Source: Auanema rhodensis (taxonomy: Eukaryota > Animalia > Nematoda). Taken from it: DNA of 64,000 nucleotides. The first letter of the stretch is position 1. Each line of letters begins with the position of its first letter. Shown in pieces: positions 12,969-28,600 of the stretch. Both the position numbers and the translations under genes were made by a program. Location: NCBI GenBank assembly GCA_964057225.1, contig OZ059900.1, positions 62,001 through 126,000 of the forward strand, given 5' to 3'. The notes beneath the pieces are model-generated. The model worked only from the letters and a program-made list of their open reading frames with translations, did not search any database and was not told where the DNA came from.

Positions 12969-15900
12969 AAAAATCATCAATTAAACGCTAGTGATGTTTA
13001 AATACTGATTTTCGCTCAAATAGCATTACTACACTAAGTATGGTCGTTTTTATGCCTTTAACACCATATACTCACCGATTTTTGGTACAAAATCTGTAAT
13101 ACTTGTAAATTTTGATCATATTCGTTAAGATTCGAGAATCAAACACATAATACACGAAATAAGTCTATTTTTACAAGTTTGCACTGATATTTATTCATTT
13201 TGATCAAAAAAGATCGAAAATAGAAAGAATTTTTGAAATTTCCGAGTTTTGAGTCCAATTTGGCTAAATCGCTCATATATATGATCAAAAGCATAGTTTT
13301 ATTGTCTATAACAACAAAAGTCATCAATTAAACGCTAGTGATGTTTTAATACTGAATTTCGCTCAAATAGCATTACTACACTAAGGATGGTCGTTTTTAT
13401 GCCTTTAACACCATGTACTCACCGATTTTTGGTACAAAATCTGTGATACTCGTAAATTTTGATCATATTCGTTAAGATTCAAGAATCAAACACACAATAC
13501 ACGAATTAAGTTCATTTTTACAAGTTTGCACTGATATTTATTCATTTTGATCAAAAAAGGTCGAAAATAGAAAGAATTTTTGAAATTTACGAGTTTTGAG
13601 TCTAATTTGGCTAAATCGCTCATATATATGATCAGAAGCATAGTTTTATTGTCTATGACAACAAAAGTCATTAATTAAACGCTAGTGATGTTTAAATACT
13701 GATTTTCGCTCAAATAGCATTACTACACTAAGTATGGTCGTTTTTATGCCTTTAACACCATATACTCACCGATTTTTGGTACAAAATCTGTAATACTTGT
13801 AAATTTTGATCATATTCGTTAAGATTCGAGAATCAAACACATAATACACGAAATAAGTCTATTTTTACAAGTTTGCACTGATATTTATTCATTTTGATCA
13901 AAAAAGATCGAAAATAGAAAGAATTTTTGAAATTTCCGAGTTTTGAGTCCAATTTGGCTAAATCGCTCATATATATGATCAAAAGCATAGTTTTATTGTC
14001 TATAACAACAAAAGTCATCAATTAAACGCTAGTGATGTTTTAATACTGAATTTCGCTCAAATAGCATTACTACACTAAGGATGGTCGTTTTTATGCCTTT
14101 AACACCATATACTCACCGATTTTTGGTACAAAATCTGTGATACTCGTAAATTTTGATCATATTCGTTAAGATTCAAGAATCAAACACACAATACACGAAT
14201 TAAGTTCATTTTTACAAGTTTGCACTGATATTTATTCATTTTGATCAAAAAAGGTCGAAAATAGAAAGAATTTTTGAAATTTACGAGTTTTGAGTCTAAT
14301 TTGGCTAAATCGCTCATATATATGATCAGAAGCATAGTTTTATTGTCTATAACAACAAAAGTCATTAATCAAACGCTAGTGATGTTTAAATACTGATTTT
14401 CGCTCAAATAGCATTACTACACTAAGTATGGTCGTTTTTATGCCTTTAACACCATATACTCACCGATTTTTGGTACAAAATCTGTAATACTTGTAAATTT
14501 TGATCATATTCGTTAAGATTCGAGAATCAAACACATAATACACGAAATAAGTCTATTTTTACAAGTTTGCACTGATATTTATTCATTTTGATCAAAAAAG
14601 ATCGAAAATAGAAAGAATTTTTGAAATTTCCGAGTTTTGAGTCCAATTTGGCTAAATCGCTCATATATATGATCAAAAGCATAGTTTTATTGTCTATAAC
14701 AACAAAAGTCATCAATTAAACGCTAGTGATGTTTTAATACTGAATTTCGCTCAAATAGCATTACTACACTAAGGATGGTCGTTTTTATGCCTTTAACACC
14801 ATATACTCACCGATTTTTGGTACAAAATCTGTGATACTCGTAAATTTTGATCATATTCGTTAAGATTCAAGAATCAAACACACAATACACGAATTAAGTT
14901 CATTTTTACAAGTTTGCACTGATATTTATTCATTTTGATCAAAAAAGGTCGAAAATAGAAAGAATTTTTGAAATTTACGAGTTTTGAGTCTAATTTGGCT
15001 AAATCGCTCATATATATGATCAGAAGCATAGTTTTATTGTCTATGACAACAAAAGTCATTAATTAAACGCTAGTGATGTTTAAATACTGATTTTCGCTCA
15101 AATAGCATTACTACACTAAGTATGGTCGTTTTTATGCCTTTAACACCATATACTCACCGATTTTTGGTACAAAATCTGTAATACTTGTAAATTTTGATCA
15201 TATTCGTTAAGATTCGAGAATCAAACACATAATACACGAAATAAGTCTATTTTTACAAGTTTGCACTGATATTTATTCATTTTGATCAAAAAAGATCGAA
15301 AATAGAAAGAATTTTTGAAATTTCCGAGTTTTGAGTCCAATTTGGCTAAATCGCTCATATATATGATCAAAAGCATAGTTTTATTGTCTATAACAACAAA
15401 AGTCATCAATTAAACGCTAGTGATGTTTTAATACTGAATTTCGCTCAAATAGCATTACTACACTAAGGATGGTCGTTTTTATGCCTTTAACACCATATAC
15501 TCACCGATTTTTGGTACAAAATCTGTGATACTCGTAAATTTTGATCATATTCGTTAAGATTCAAGAATCAAACACACAATACACGAATTAAGTTCATTTT
15601 TACAAGTTTGCACTGATATTTATTCATTTTGATCAAAAAAGGTCGAAAATAGAAAGAATTTTTGAAATTTACGAGTTTTGAGTCTAATTTGGCTAAATCG
15701 CTCATATATATGATCAGAAGCATAGTTTTATTGTCTATAACAACAAAAGTCATTAATTAAACGCTAGTGATGTTTAAATACTGATTTTCGCTCAAATAGC
15801 ATTACTACACTAAGTATGGTCGTTTTTATGCCTTTAACACCATATACTCACCGATTTTTGGTACAAAATCTGTAATACTTGTAAATTTTGATCATATTCG

Positions 15901-16600
15901 TTAAGATTCGAGAATCAAACACATAATACACGAAATAAGTCTATTTTTACAAGTTTGCACTGATATTTATTCATTTTGATCAAAAAAGATCGAAAATAGA
16001 AAGAATTTTTGAAATTTCCGAGTTTTGAGTCCAATTTGGCTAAATCGCTCATATATATGATCAAAAGCATAGTTTTATTGTCTATAACAACAAAAGTCAT
16101 CAATTAAACGCTAGTGATGTTTTAATACTGAATTTCGCTCAAATAGCATTACTACACTAAGGATGGTCGTTTTTATGCCTTTAACACCATATACTCACCG
16201 ATTTTTGGTACAAAATCTGTGATACTCGTAAATTTTGATCATATTCGTTAAGATTCAAGAATCAAACACACAATACACGAATTAAGTTCATTTTTACAAG
16301 TTTGCACTGATATTTATTCATTTTGATCAAAAAAGGTCGAAAATAGAAAGCATTTTTGAAATTTACGAGTTTTGAGTCTAATTTGGCTAAATCGCTCATA
16401 TATATGATCAGAAGCATAGTTTTATTGTCTATGACAACAAAAGTCATTAATTAAACACTAATGATGTTTAAATACTGATTTTCGCTCAAATAGCATTACT
16501 ACACTAAGTATGGTCGTTTTTATACCTTCAACACCATATACTCACCGATTTTTGGTACAAAATCTGTGATACTCGTAAATTTTGATCATATTCGTTAAGA
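12969..16600. repeat. Satellite domain 1: homogeneous 694-bp dimer higher-order repeat (~5 copies)
   Basis: Two monomer variants alternate strictly (track hits 13139/13486, 13833/14180, 14527/14874, 15221/15568, 15915/16262). Confidence 0.9.
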
Positions 16601-19600
16601 TTCGAGAATTAAACACACAATACACGAAATGAGTTTATTTTCACGAGTTTGCACTGATATTTATTCATTTTGATCAAAAAAGGTCGAAAATAGAAAGAAT
16701 TTTTGAATTTTCCGAGTTTTGAGTCCAATTGGGCTAAATCGCTCATATATATGATCAAAAGCATAGTTTTACTGTCTATGATAACAAAAGTCTTCAAATA
16801 TACACTAGTAATGATTAAATCACTGAATTTCACTCAAATAGCATTACTACACTAAGTATGGTCGTTTTTATGCCTTTAACACCATATACTCACCGATTTT
16901 TGGTACAAAATCTGTAATACTTGTAAATTTCGATCATATTCGTTAAGATTCGAGAATCAAACACATAATACACGAAATAAGTCTATTTTTACAAGTTTGC
17001 ACTGATATTTATTCATTTTGATCAAAAAAGGTCGAAAATAGAAAGAATTTTTGAAATTTCCGAGTTTTGAGTCCAATTTGGCTAAATCGCTCATATATAT
17101 GATCAAAAGCATAGTTCTATTGTCTATAACAACAAAAGTCTTCAATTAAACGCTAGTGATGTTTTAATACTGAATTTCGCTCAAATAGCATTACTACACT
17201 AAGTATGGTCGTTTTTATGCCTTTAACACCATATACTCACCGATTTTTGGTACAAAATCTGTAATACTCGTAAATTTTGATCATATTCGTTAAGATTTGA
17301 GAATCAAACATACAATACACAAAATCAGTCTATTTTTATGAGCTTGCACTGATATATATTCATTTTGATCAAAAAAGGTCGAAAATAGAAAGAATTTTTG
17401 AAATTTACGAGTTTTGAGTCTAATTTGGCTAAATCGCTCATATATATGATCAGAAGCATAGTTTTATTGTCTATGACAACAAAAGTCATTAATTAAACAC
17501 TAATAATGTTTAAATCACTAAATTTCGCTCAAATAGCATTACTACACTAAGTATGGTCGTTTTTATGCCTTTAACACCATATACTCACCGATTTTTGGTA
17601 CAAAATCTGTAATACTTGTAAATTTTGATCATATTCGTTAAGATTCGAGAATCAAACACATAATACACGAAATAAGTCTATTTTTACAAGTTTGCACTGA
17701 TATTTATTCATTTTGATCAAAAAAGGTCGAAAATAGAAAGAATTTTTGAAATTTCCGAGTTTTGAGTCCAATTTGGCTAAATCGCTCATATATATGATCA
17801 AAAGCATAGTTCTATTGTCTATAACAACAAAAGTCTTCAATTAAACGCTAGTGATGTTTTAATACTGAATTTCGCTCAAATAGCATTACTACACTAAGTA
17901 TGGTCGTTTTTATGCCTTTAACACCATATACTCACCGATTTTTGGTACAAAATCTGTAATACTCGTAAATTTTGATCATATTCGTTAAGATTTGAGAATC
18001 AAACATACAATACACAAAATCAGTCTACTTTTATGAGCTTGCACTGATATATATTCATTTTGATCAAAAAAGGTCGAAAATAGAAAGAATTTTTGAAATT
18101 TACGAGTTTTGAGTCTAATTTGGCTAAATCGCTCATATATATGATCAGAAGCATAGTTTTATTGTCTATGACAACAAAAGTCATTAATTAAACACTAATA
18201 ATGTTTAAATCACTAAATTTCGCTCAAATAGCATTACTACACTAAGTATGGTCGTTTTTATGCCTTTAACACCATATACTCACCGATTTTTGGTACAAAA
18301 TCTGTAATACTTGTAAATTTTGATCATATTCGTTAAGATTCAAGAATCAAACACATAATACACGAAATAAGTCTATTTTTATGAGTTTGCACTGATATTT
18401 ATTCATTTTGATCAAAAAAGGTCGAAAATAGAAAGAATTTTTGAAATTTCCGAGTTTTGAGTCTAATTTGGCTAAATCGCTCATATATATGATCAGAAGC
18501 ATAGTTTTATTGTCTATGACAACAAAAATCATCAATTAAACGCTAGTGATGTTTAAATACTGATTTTCGCTCAAATAGCATTACTACACTAAGTATGGTC
18601 GTTTTTATGCCTTTAACACCATATACTCACCGATTTTTGGTACAAAATCTGTGATACTCGTAAATTTTGATCATATTCGTTAAGATTTGAGAATCAAACA
18701 TACAATACACAAAATCAGTCTATTTTTATGAGCTTGCACTGATATATATTCATTTTGATCAAAAAAGGTCGAAAATAGAAAGAATTTTTGAAATTTACGA
18801 GTTTTGAGTCTAATTTGGCTAAATCGCTCATATATATGATCAGAAGCATAGTTTTATTGTCTATAACAACAAAAGTCATTAATTAAACACTAATAATGTT
18901 TAAATCACTAAATTTCGCTCAAATAGCATTACTACACTAAGTATGGTCGTTTTTATGCCTTTAACACCATATACTCACCGATTTTTGGTAAAAAATCTGT
19001 AATACTTGTAAATTTTGATCATATTTGTTAAGATTCGAGAATCAAACACATAATACACGAAATAAGTCTATTTTTATGAGTTTGCACTGATATTTATTCA
19101 TTTTGATCAAAAAAGGTCGAAAATAGAAAGAATTTTTGAAATTTCCGAGTTTTGAGTCTAATTTGGCTAAATCGCTCATATATATGATCAGAAGCATAGT
19201 TTTATTGTCTATGACAACAAAAATCATCAATTAAACGCTAGTGATGTTTAAATACTGATTTTCGCTCAAATAGCATTACTACACTAAGTATGGTCGTTTT
19301 TATGCCTTTAACACCATATACTCACCGATTTTTGGTACAAAATCTGTAATACTTGTAAATTTTGATCATATTCGTTAAGATTTGAGAATCAAACATACAA
19401 TACACAAAATCAGTCTATTTTTATGAGCTTGCACTGATATATATTCATTTTGATCAAAAAAGGTCGAAAATAGAAAGAATTTTTGAAATTTCCGAGTTTT
19501 GAGTCTAATTTGGCTAAATCGATCATATATATGATCAGAAGCATAGTTTTATTGTCTATGACAACAAAAATCATCAATTAAACGCTAGTGATGTTTAAAT

Positions 19601-22600
19601 ACTGAATTTCGCTCAAATAGCATTACTACACTAAGGATGGTCGTTTTTATGCCTTTAACACCATATACTCACCGATTTTTGGTACAAAATCTGTGATACT
19701 CGTAAATTTTGATCATATTCGTTAAGATTTGAGAATCAAACATACAATACACAAAATCAGTCTATTTTTATGAGCTTGCACTGATATATATTCATTTTGA
19801 TCAAAAAAGGTCGAAAATAGAAAGAATTTTTGAAATTTACGAGTTTTGAGTCTAACTTGGCTAAATCGCTCATATATATGATCAGAAGCATAGTTTTATT
19901 GTCTATAACAACAAAAGTCATTAATTAAACACTAATAATGTTTAAATCACTAAATTTCGCTCAAATAGCATTACTACACTAAGTATGGTCGTTTTTATGC
20001 CTTTAACACCATATACTCACCGATTTTTGGTACAAAATCTGTAATACTTGTAAATTTTGATCATATTCGTTAAGATTTGAGAATCAAACATACAATACAC
20101 AAAATCAGTCTACTTTTATGAGCTTGCACTGATATATATTCATTTTGATCAAAAAAGGTCGAAAATAGAAAGAATTTTTGAAATTTACGAGTTTTGAGTC
20201 TAATTTGGCTAAATCGCTCATATATATGATCAGAAGCATAGTTTTATTGTCTATGACAACAAAAGTCATTAATTAAACACTAATAATGTTTAAATCACTA
20301 AATTTCGCTCAAATAGCATTACTACACTAAGTATGGTCGTTTTTATGCCTTTAACACCATATACTCACCGATTTTTGGTACAAAATCTGTAATACTTGTA
20401 AATTTTGATCATATTCGTTAAGATTCGAGAATCAAACACATAATACACGAAATAAGTCTATTTTTATGAGTTTGCACTGATATTTATTCATTTTGATCAA
20501 AAAAGGTCGAAAATAGAAAGAATTTTTGAAATTTCCGAGTTTTGAGTCTAATTTGGCTAAATCGCTCATATATATGATCAGAAGCATAGTTTTATTGTCT
20601 ATGACAACAAAAATCATCAATTAAACGCTAGTGATGTTTAAATACTGATTTTCGCTCAAATAGCATTACTACACTAAGTATGGTCGTTTTTATGCCTTTA
20701 ACACCATATACTCACCGATTTTTGGTACAAAATCTGTAATACTTGTAAATTTTGATCATATTCGTTAAGATTCGAGAATCAAACACATAATACACGAAAT
20801 AAGTCTATTTTTATGAGTTTGCACTGATATTTATTCATTTTGATCAAAAAAGGTCGAAAATAGAAAGAATTTTTGAAATTTCCGAGTTTTGAGTCTAATT
20901 TGGCTAAATCGCTCATATATATGATCAGAAGCATAGTTTTATTGTCTATAACAACAAAAGTCATTAATTAAACACTAATAATGTTTAAATCACTAAATTT
21001 CGCTCAAATAGCATTACTACACTAAGTATGGTCGTTTTTATGCCTTTAACACCATATACTCACCGATTTTTGGTAAAAAATCTGTAATACTTGTAAATTT
21101 TGATCATATTTGTTAAGATTCGAGAATCAAACACATAATACACGAAATAAGTCTATTTTTATGAGTTTGCACTGATATTTATTCATTTTGATCAAAAAAG
21201 GTCGAAAATAGAAAGAATTTTTGAAATTTCCGAGTTTTGAGTCTAATTTGGCTAAATCGCTCATATATATGATCAGAAGCATAGTTTTATTGTCTATGAC
21301 AACAAAAATCATCAATTAAACGCTAGTGATGTTTAAATACTGATTTTCGCTCAAATAGCATTACTACACTAAGTATGGTCGTTTTTATGCCTTTAACACC
21401 ATATACTCACCGATTTTTGGTACAAAATCTGTAATACTTGTAAATTTTGATCATATTCGTTAAGATTTGAGAATCAAACATACAATACACAAAATCAGTC
21501 TATTTTTATGAGCTTGCACTGATATATATTCATTTTGATCAAAAAAGGTCGAAAATAGAAAGAATTTTTGAAATTTCCGAGTTTTGAGTCTAATTTGGCT
21601 AAATCGATCATATATATGATCAGAAGCATAGTTTTATTGTCTATGACAACAAAAATCATCAATTAAACGCTAGTGATGTTTAAATACTGAATTTCGCTCA
21701 AATAGCATTACTACACTAAGGATGGTCGTTTTTATGCCTTTAACACCATATACTCACCGATTTTTGGTACAAAATCTGTGATACTCGTAAATTTTGATCA
21801 TATTCGTTAAGATTTGAGAATCAAACATACAATACACAAAATCAGTCTATTTTTATGAGCTTGCACTGATATATATTCATTTTGATCAAAAAAGGTCGAA
21901 AATAGAAAGAATTTTTGAAATTTACGAGTTTTGAGTCTAACTTGGCTAAATCGCTCATATATATGATCAGAAGCATAGTTTTATTGTCTATAACAACAAA
22001 AGTCATTAATTAAACACTAATAATGTTTAAATCACTAAATTTCGCTCAAATAGCATTACTACACTAAGTATGGTCGTTTTTATGCCTTTAACACCATATA
22101 CTCACCGATTTTTGGTACAAAATCTGTAATACTTGTAAATTTTGATCATATTCGTTAAGATTTGAGAATCAAACATACAATACACAAAATCAGTCTACTT
22201 TTATGAGCTTGCACTGATATATATTCATTTTGATCAAAAAAGGTCGAAAATAGAAAGAATTTTTGAAATTTACGAGTTTTGAGTCTAATTTGGCTAAATC
22301 GCTCATATATATGATCAGAAGCATAGTTTTATTGTCTATGACAACAAAAGTCATTAATTAAACACTAATAATGTTTAAATCACTAAATTTCGCTCAAATA
22401 GCATTACTACACTAAGTATGGTCGTTTTTATGCCTTTAACACCATATACTCACCGATTTTTGGTACAAAATCTGTAATACTTGTAAATTTTGATCATATT
22501 CGTTAAGATTCGAGAATCAAACACATAATACACGAAATAAGTCTATTTTTATGAGTTTGCACTGATATTTATTCATTTTGATCAAAAAAGGTCGAAAATA

Positions 22601-25600
22601 GAAAGAATTTTTGAAATTTCCGAGTTTTGAGTCTAATTTGGCTAAATCGCTCATATATATGATCAGAAGCATAGTTTTATTGTCTATGACAACAAAAATC
22701 ATCAATTAAACGCTAGTGATGTTTAAATACTGATTTTCGCTCAAATAGCATTACTACACTAAGTATGGTCGTTTTTATGCCTTTAACACCATATACTCAC
22801 CGATTTTTGGTACAAAATCTGTAATACTTGTAAATTTTGATCATATTCGTTAAGATTCGAGAATCAAACACATAATACACGAAATAAGTCTATTTTTATG
22901 AGTTTGCACTGATATTTATTCATTTTGATCAAAAAAGGTCGAAAATAGAAAGAATTTTTGAAATTTCCGAGTTTTGAGTCTAATTTGGCTAAATCGCTCA
23001 TATATATGATCAGAAGCATAGTTTTATTGTCTATAACAACAAAAGTCATTAATTAAACACTAATAATGTTTAAATCACTAAATTTCGCTCAAATAGCATT
23101 ACTACACTAAGTATGGTCGTTTTTATGCCTTTAACACCATATACTCACCGATTTTTGGTACAAAATCTGTAATACTTGTAAATTTTGATCATATTCGTTA
23201 AGATTTGAGAATCAAACATACAATACACAAAATCAGTCTACTTTTATGAGCTTGCACTGATATATATTCATTTTGATCAAAAAAGGTCGAAAATAGAAAG
23301 AATTTTTGAAATTTACGAGTTTTGAGTCTAATTTGGCTAAATCGCTCATATATATGATCAGAAGCATAGTTTTATTGTCTATGACAACAAAAGTCATTAA
23401 TTAAACACTAATAATGTTTAAATCACTAAATTTCGCTCAAATAGCATTACTACACTAAGTATGGTCGTTTTTATGCCTTTAACACCATATACTCACCGAT
23501 TTTTGGTACAAAATCTGTAATACTTGTAAATTTTGATCATATTCGTTAAGATTCGAGAATCAAACACATAATACACGAAATAAGTCTATTTTTATGAGTT
23601 TGCACTGATATTTATTCATTTTGATCAAAAAAGGTCGAAAATAGAAAGAATTTTTGAAATTTCCGAGTTTTGAGTCTAATTTGGCTAAATCGCTCATATA
23701 TATGATCAGAAGCATAGTTTTATTGTCTATGACAACAAAAATCATCAATTAAACGCTAGTGATGTTTAAATACTGATTTTCGCTCAAATAGCATTACTAC
23801 ACTAAGTATGGTCGTTTTTATGCCTTTAACACCATATACTCACCGATTTTTGGTACAAAATCTGTAATACTTGTAAATTTTGATCATATTCGTTAAGATT
23901 TGAGAATCAAACATACAATACACAAAATCAGTCTATTTTTATGAGCTTGCACTGATATATATTCATTTTGATCAAAAAAGGTCGAAAATAGAAAGAATTT
24001 TTGAAATTTCCGAGTTTTGAGTCTAATTTGGCTAAATCGATCATATATATGATCAGAAGCATAGTTTTATTGTCTATGACAACAAAAATCATCAATTAAA
24101 CGCTAGTGATGTTTAAATACTGAATTTCGCTCAAATAGCATTACTACACTAAGGATGGTCGTTTTTATGCCTTTAACACCATATACTCACCGATTTTTGG
24201 TACAAAATCTGTGATACTCGTAAATTTTGATCATATTCGTTAAGATTTGAGAATCAAACATACAATACACAAAATCAGTCTATTTTTATGAGCTTGCACT
24301 GATATATATTCATTTTGATCAAAAAAGGTCGAAAATAGAAAGAATTTTTGAAATTTACGAGTTTTGAGTCTAACTTGGCTAAATCGCTCATATATATGAT
24401 CAGAAGCATAGTTTTATTGTCTATAACAACAAAAGTCATTAATTAAACACTAATAATGTTTAAATCACTAAATTTCGCTCAAATAGCATTACTACACTAA
24501 GTATGGTCGTTTTTATGCCTTTAACACCATATACTCACCGATTTTTGGTACAAAATCTGTAATACTTGTAAATTTTGATCATATTCGTTAAGATTTGAGA
24601 ATCAAACATACAATACACAAAATCAGTCTACTTTTATGAGCTTGCACTGATATATATTCATTTTGATCAAAAAAGGTCGAAAATAGAAAGAATTTTTGAA
24701 ATTTACGAGTTTTGAGTCTAATTTGGCTAAATCGCTCATATATATGATCAGAAGCATAGTTTTATTGTCTATGACAACAAAAGTCATTAATTAAACACTA
24801 ATAATGTTTAAATCACTAAATTTCGCTCAAATAGCATTACTACACTAAGTATGGTCGTTTTTATGCCTTTAACACCATATACTCACCGATTTTTGGTACA
24901 AAATCTGTAATACTTGTAAATTTTGATCATATTCGTTAAGATTCGAGAATCAAACACATAATACACGAAATAAGTCTATTTTTATGAGTTTGCACTGATA
25001 TTTATTCATTTTGATCAAAAAAGGTCGAAAATAGAAAGAATTTTTGAAATTTCCGAGTTTTGAGTCTAATTTGGCTAAATCGCTCATATATATGATCAGA
25101 AGCATAGTTTTATTGTCTATGACAACAAAAATCATCAATTAAACGCTAGTGATGTTTAAATACTGATTTTCGCTCAAATAGCATTACTACACTAAGTATG
25201 GTCGTTTTTATGCCTTTAACACCATATACTCACCGATTTTTGGTACAAAATCTGTAATACTTGTAAATTTTGATCATATTCGTTAAGATTTGAGAATCAA
25301 ACATACAATACACAAAATCAGTCTATTTTTATGAGCTTGCACTGATATATATTCATTTTGATCAAAAAAGGTCGAAAATAGAAAGAATTTTTGAAATTTA
25401 CGAGTTTTGAGTCTAATTTGGCTAAATCGCTCATATATATGATCAGAAGCATAGTTTTATTGTCTATGACAACAAAAGTCATTAATTAAACACTAATAAT
25501 GTTTAAATCACTAAATTTCGCTCAAATAGCATTACTACACTAAGTATGGTCGTTTTTATGCCTTTAACACCATATACTCACCGATTTTTGGTACAAAATC

Positions 25601-28600
25601 TGTAATACTTGTAAATTTTGATCATATTCGTTAAGATTCGAGAATCAAACACATAATACACGAAATAAGTCTATTTTTATGAGTTTGCACTGATATTTAT
25701 TCATTTTGATCAAAAAAGGTCGAAAATAGAAAGAATTTTTGAAATTTCCGAGTTTTGAGTCTAATTTGGCTAAATCGCTCATATATATGATCAGAAGCAT
25801 AGTTTTATTGTCTATGACAACAAAAATCATCAATTAAACGCTAGTGATGTTTAAATACTGATTTTCGCTCAAATAGCATTACTACACTAAGTATGGTCGT
25901 TTTTATGCCTTTAACACCATATACTCACCGATTTTTGGTACAAAATCTGTAATACTTGTAAATTTTGATCATATTCGTTAAGATTTGAGAATCAAACATA
26001 CAATACACAAAATCAGTCTATTTTTATGAGCTTGCACTGATATATATTCATTTTGATCAAAAAAGGTCGAAAATAGAAAGAATTTTTGAAATTTCCGAGT
26101 TTTGAGTCTAATTTGGCTAAATCGCTCATATATATGATCAGAAGCATAGTTTTATTGTCTATGACAACAAAAATCATCAGTTAAACGCTAGTGATGTTTA
26201 AATACTGAATTTCGCTCAAATAGCATTACTACACTAAGGATGGTCGTTTTTATGCCTTTAACACCATATACTCACCGATTTTTGGTACAAAATCTGTGAT
26301 ACTCGTAAATTTTGATCATATTCGTTAAGATTTGAGAATCAAACATACAATACACAAAATCAGTCTATTTTTATGAGCTTGCACTGATATATATTCATTT
26401 TGATCAAAAAAGGTCGAAAATAGAAAGAATTTTTGAAATTTACGAGTTTTGAGTCTAATTTGGCTAAATCGCTCATATATATGATCAGAAGCATAGTTTT
26501 ATTGTCTATGACAACAAAAGTCATTAATTAAACACTAATAATGTTTAAATCACTAAATTTCGCTCAAATAGCATTACTACACTAAGTATGGTCGTTTTTA
26601 TGCCTTTAACACCATATACTCACCGATTTTTGGTACAAAATCTGTAATACTTGTAAATTTTGATCATATTCGTTAAGATTCGAGAATCAAACACATAATA
26701 CACGAAATAAGTCTATTTTTATGAGTTTGCACTGATATTTATTCATTTTGATCAAAAAAGGTCGAAAATAGAAAGAATTTTTGAAATTTCCGAGTTTTGA
26801 GTCTAATTTGGCTAAATCGCTCATATATATGATCAGAAGCATAGTTTTATTGTCTATGACAACAAAAATCATCAATTAAACGCTAGTGATGTTTAAATAC
26901 TGATTTTCGCTCAAATAGCATTACTACACTAAGTATGGTCGTTTTTATGCCTTTAACACCATATACTCACCGATTTTTGGTACAAAATCTGTAATACTTG
27001 TAAATTTTGATCATATTCGTTAAGATTTGAGAATCAAACATACAATACACAAAATCAGTCTATTTTTATGAGCTTGCACTGATATATATTCATTTTGATC
27101 AAAAAAGGTCGAAAATAGAAAGAATTTTTGAAATTTCCGAGTTTTGAGTCTAATTTGGCTAAATCGCTCATATATATGATCAGAAGCATAGTTTTATTGT
27201 CTATGACAACAAAAATCATCAATTAAACGCTAGTGATGTTTAAATACTGAATTTCGCTCAAATAGCATTACTACACTAAGGATGGTCGTTTTTATGCCTT
27301 TAACACCATATACTCACCGATTTTTGGTACAAAATCTGTGATACTCGTAAATTTTGATCATATTCGTTAAGATTTGAGAATCAAACATACAATACACAAA
27401 ATCAGTCTATTTTTATGAGCTTGCACTGATATATATTCATTTTGATCAAAAAAGGTCGAAAATAGAAAGAATTTTTGAAATTTACGAGTTTTGAGTCTAA
27501 TTTGGCTAAATCGCTCATATATATGATCAGAAGCATAGTTTTATTGTCTATAACAACAAAAGTCATTAATTAAACACTAATAATGTTTAAATCACTAAAT
27601 TTCGCTCAAATAGCATTACTACACTAAGTATGGTCGTTTTTATGCCTTTAACACCATATACTCACCGATTTTTGGTACAAAATCTGTAATACTTGTAAAT
27701 TTTGATCATATTCGTTAAGATTCGAGAATCAAACACATAATACACGAAATAAGTCTATTTTTATGAGTTTGCACTGATATATATTCATTTTGATCAAAAA
27801 AGGTCGAAAATAGAAAGAATTTTTGAAATTTCCGAGTTTTGAGTCTAATTTGGCTAAATCGCTCATATATATGATCAGAAGCATAGTTTTATTGTCTATG
27901 ACAACAAAAATCATCAATTAAACGCTAGTGATGTTTAAATACTGATTTTCGCTCAAATAGCATTACTACACTAAGTATGGTCGTTTTTATGCCTTTAACA
28001 CCATATACTCACCGATTTTTGGTACAAAATCTGTAATACTTGTAAATTTTGATCATATTCGTTAAGAATTGAGAATCAAACATACAATACACAAAATCAG
28101 TCTATTTTTATGAGCTTGCACTGATATATATTCATTTTGATCAAAAAAGGTCGAAAATAGAAAGAATTTTTGAAATTTCCGAGTTTTGAGTCTAATTTGG
28201 CTAAATCGCTCATATATATGATCAGAAGCATAGTTTAATTGTCTATGACAACAAAAATCATCAATTAAACGCTAGTGATGTTTAAATACTGATTTTCGCT
28301 CAAATAGCATTACTACACTAAGTATGGTCGTTTTTATGCCTTTAACACCATATACTCACCGATTTTTGGTACAAAATCTGTAATACTTGTAAATTTTGAT
28401 CATATTCGTTAAGATTCGAGAATCAAACACATAATACACAAAATAAGTCTATTTTTACAAGTTTGCACTGATATTTATTCATTTTGATCAAAAAAGATCG
28501 AAAATAGAAAGAATTTTTGAAATTTCCGAGTTTTGAGTCCAATTTGGCTAAATCGCTCATATATATGATCAAAAGCATAGTTTTATTGTCTATAACAACA

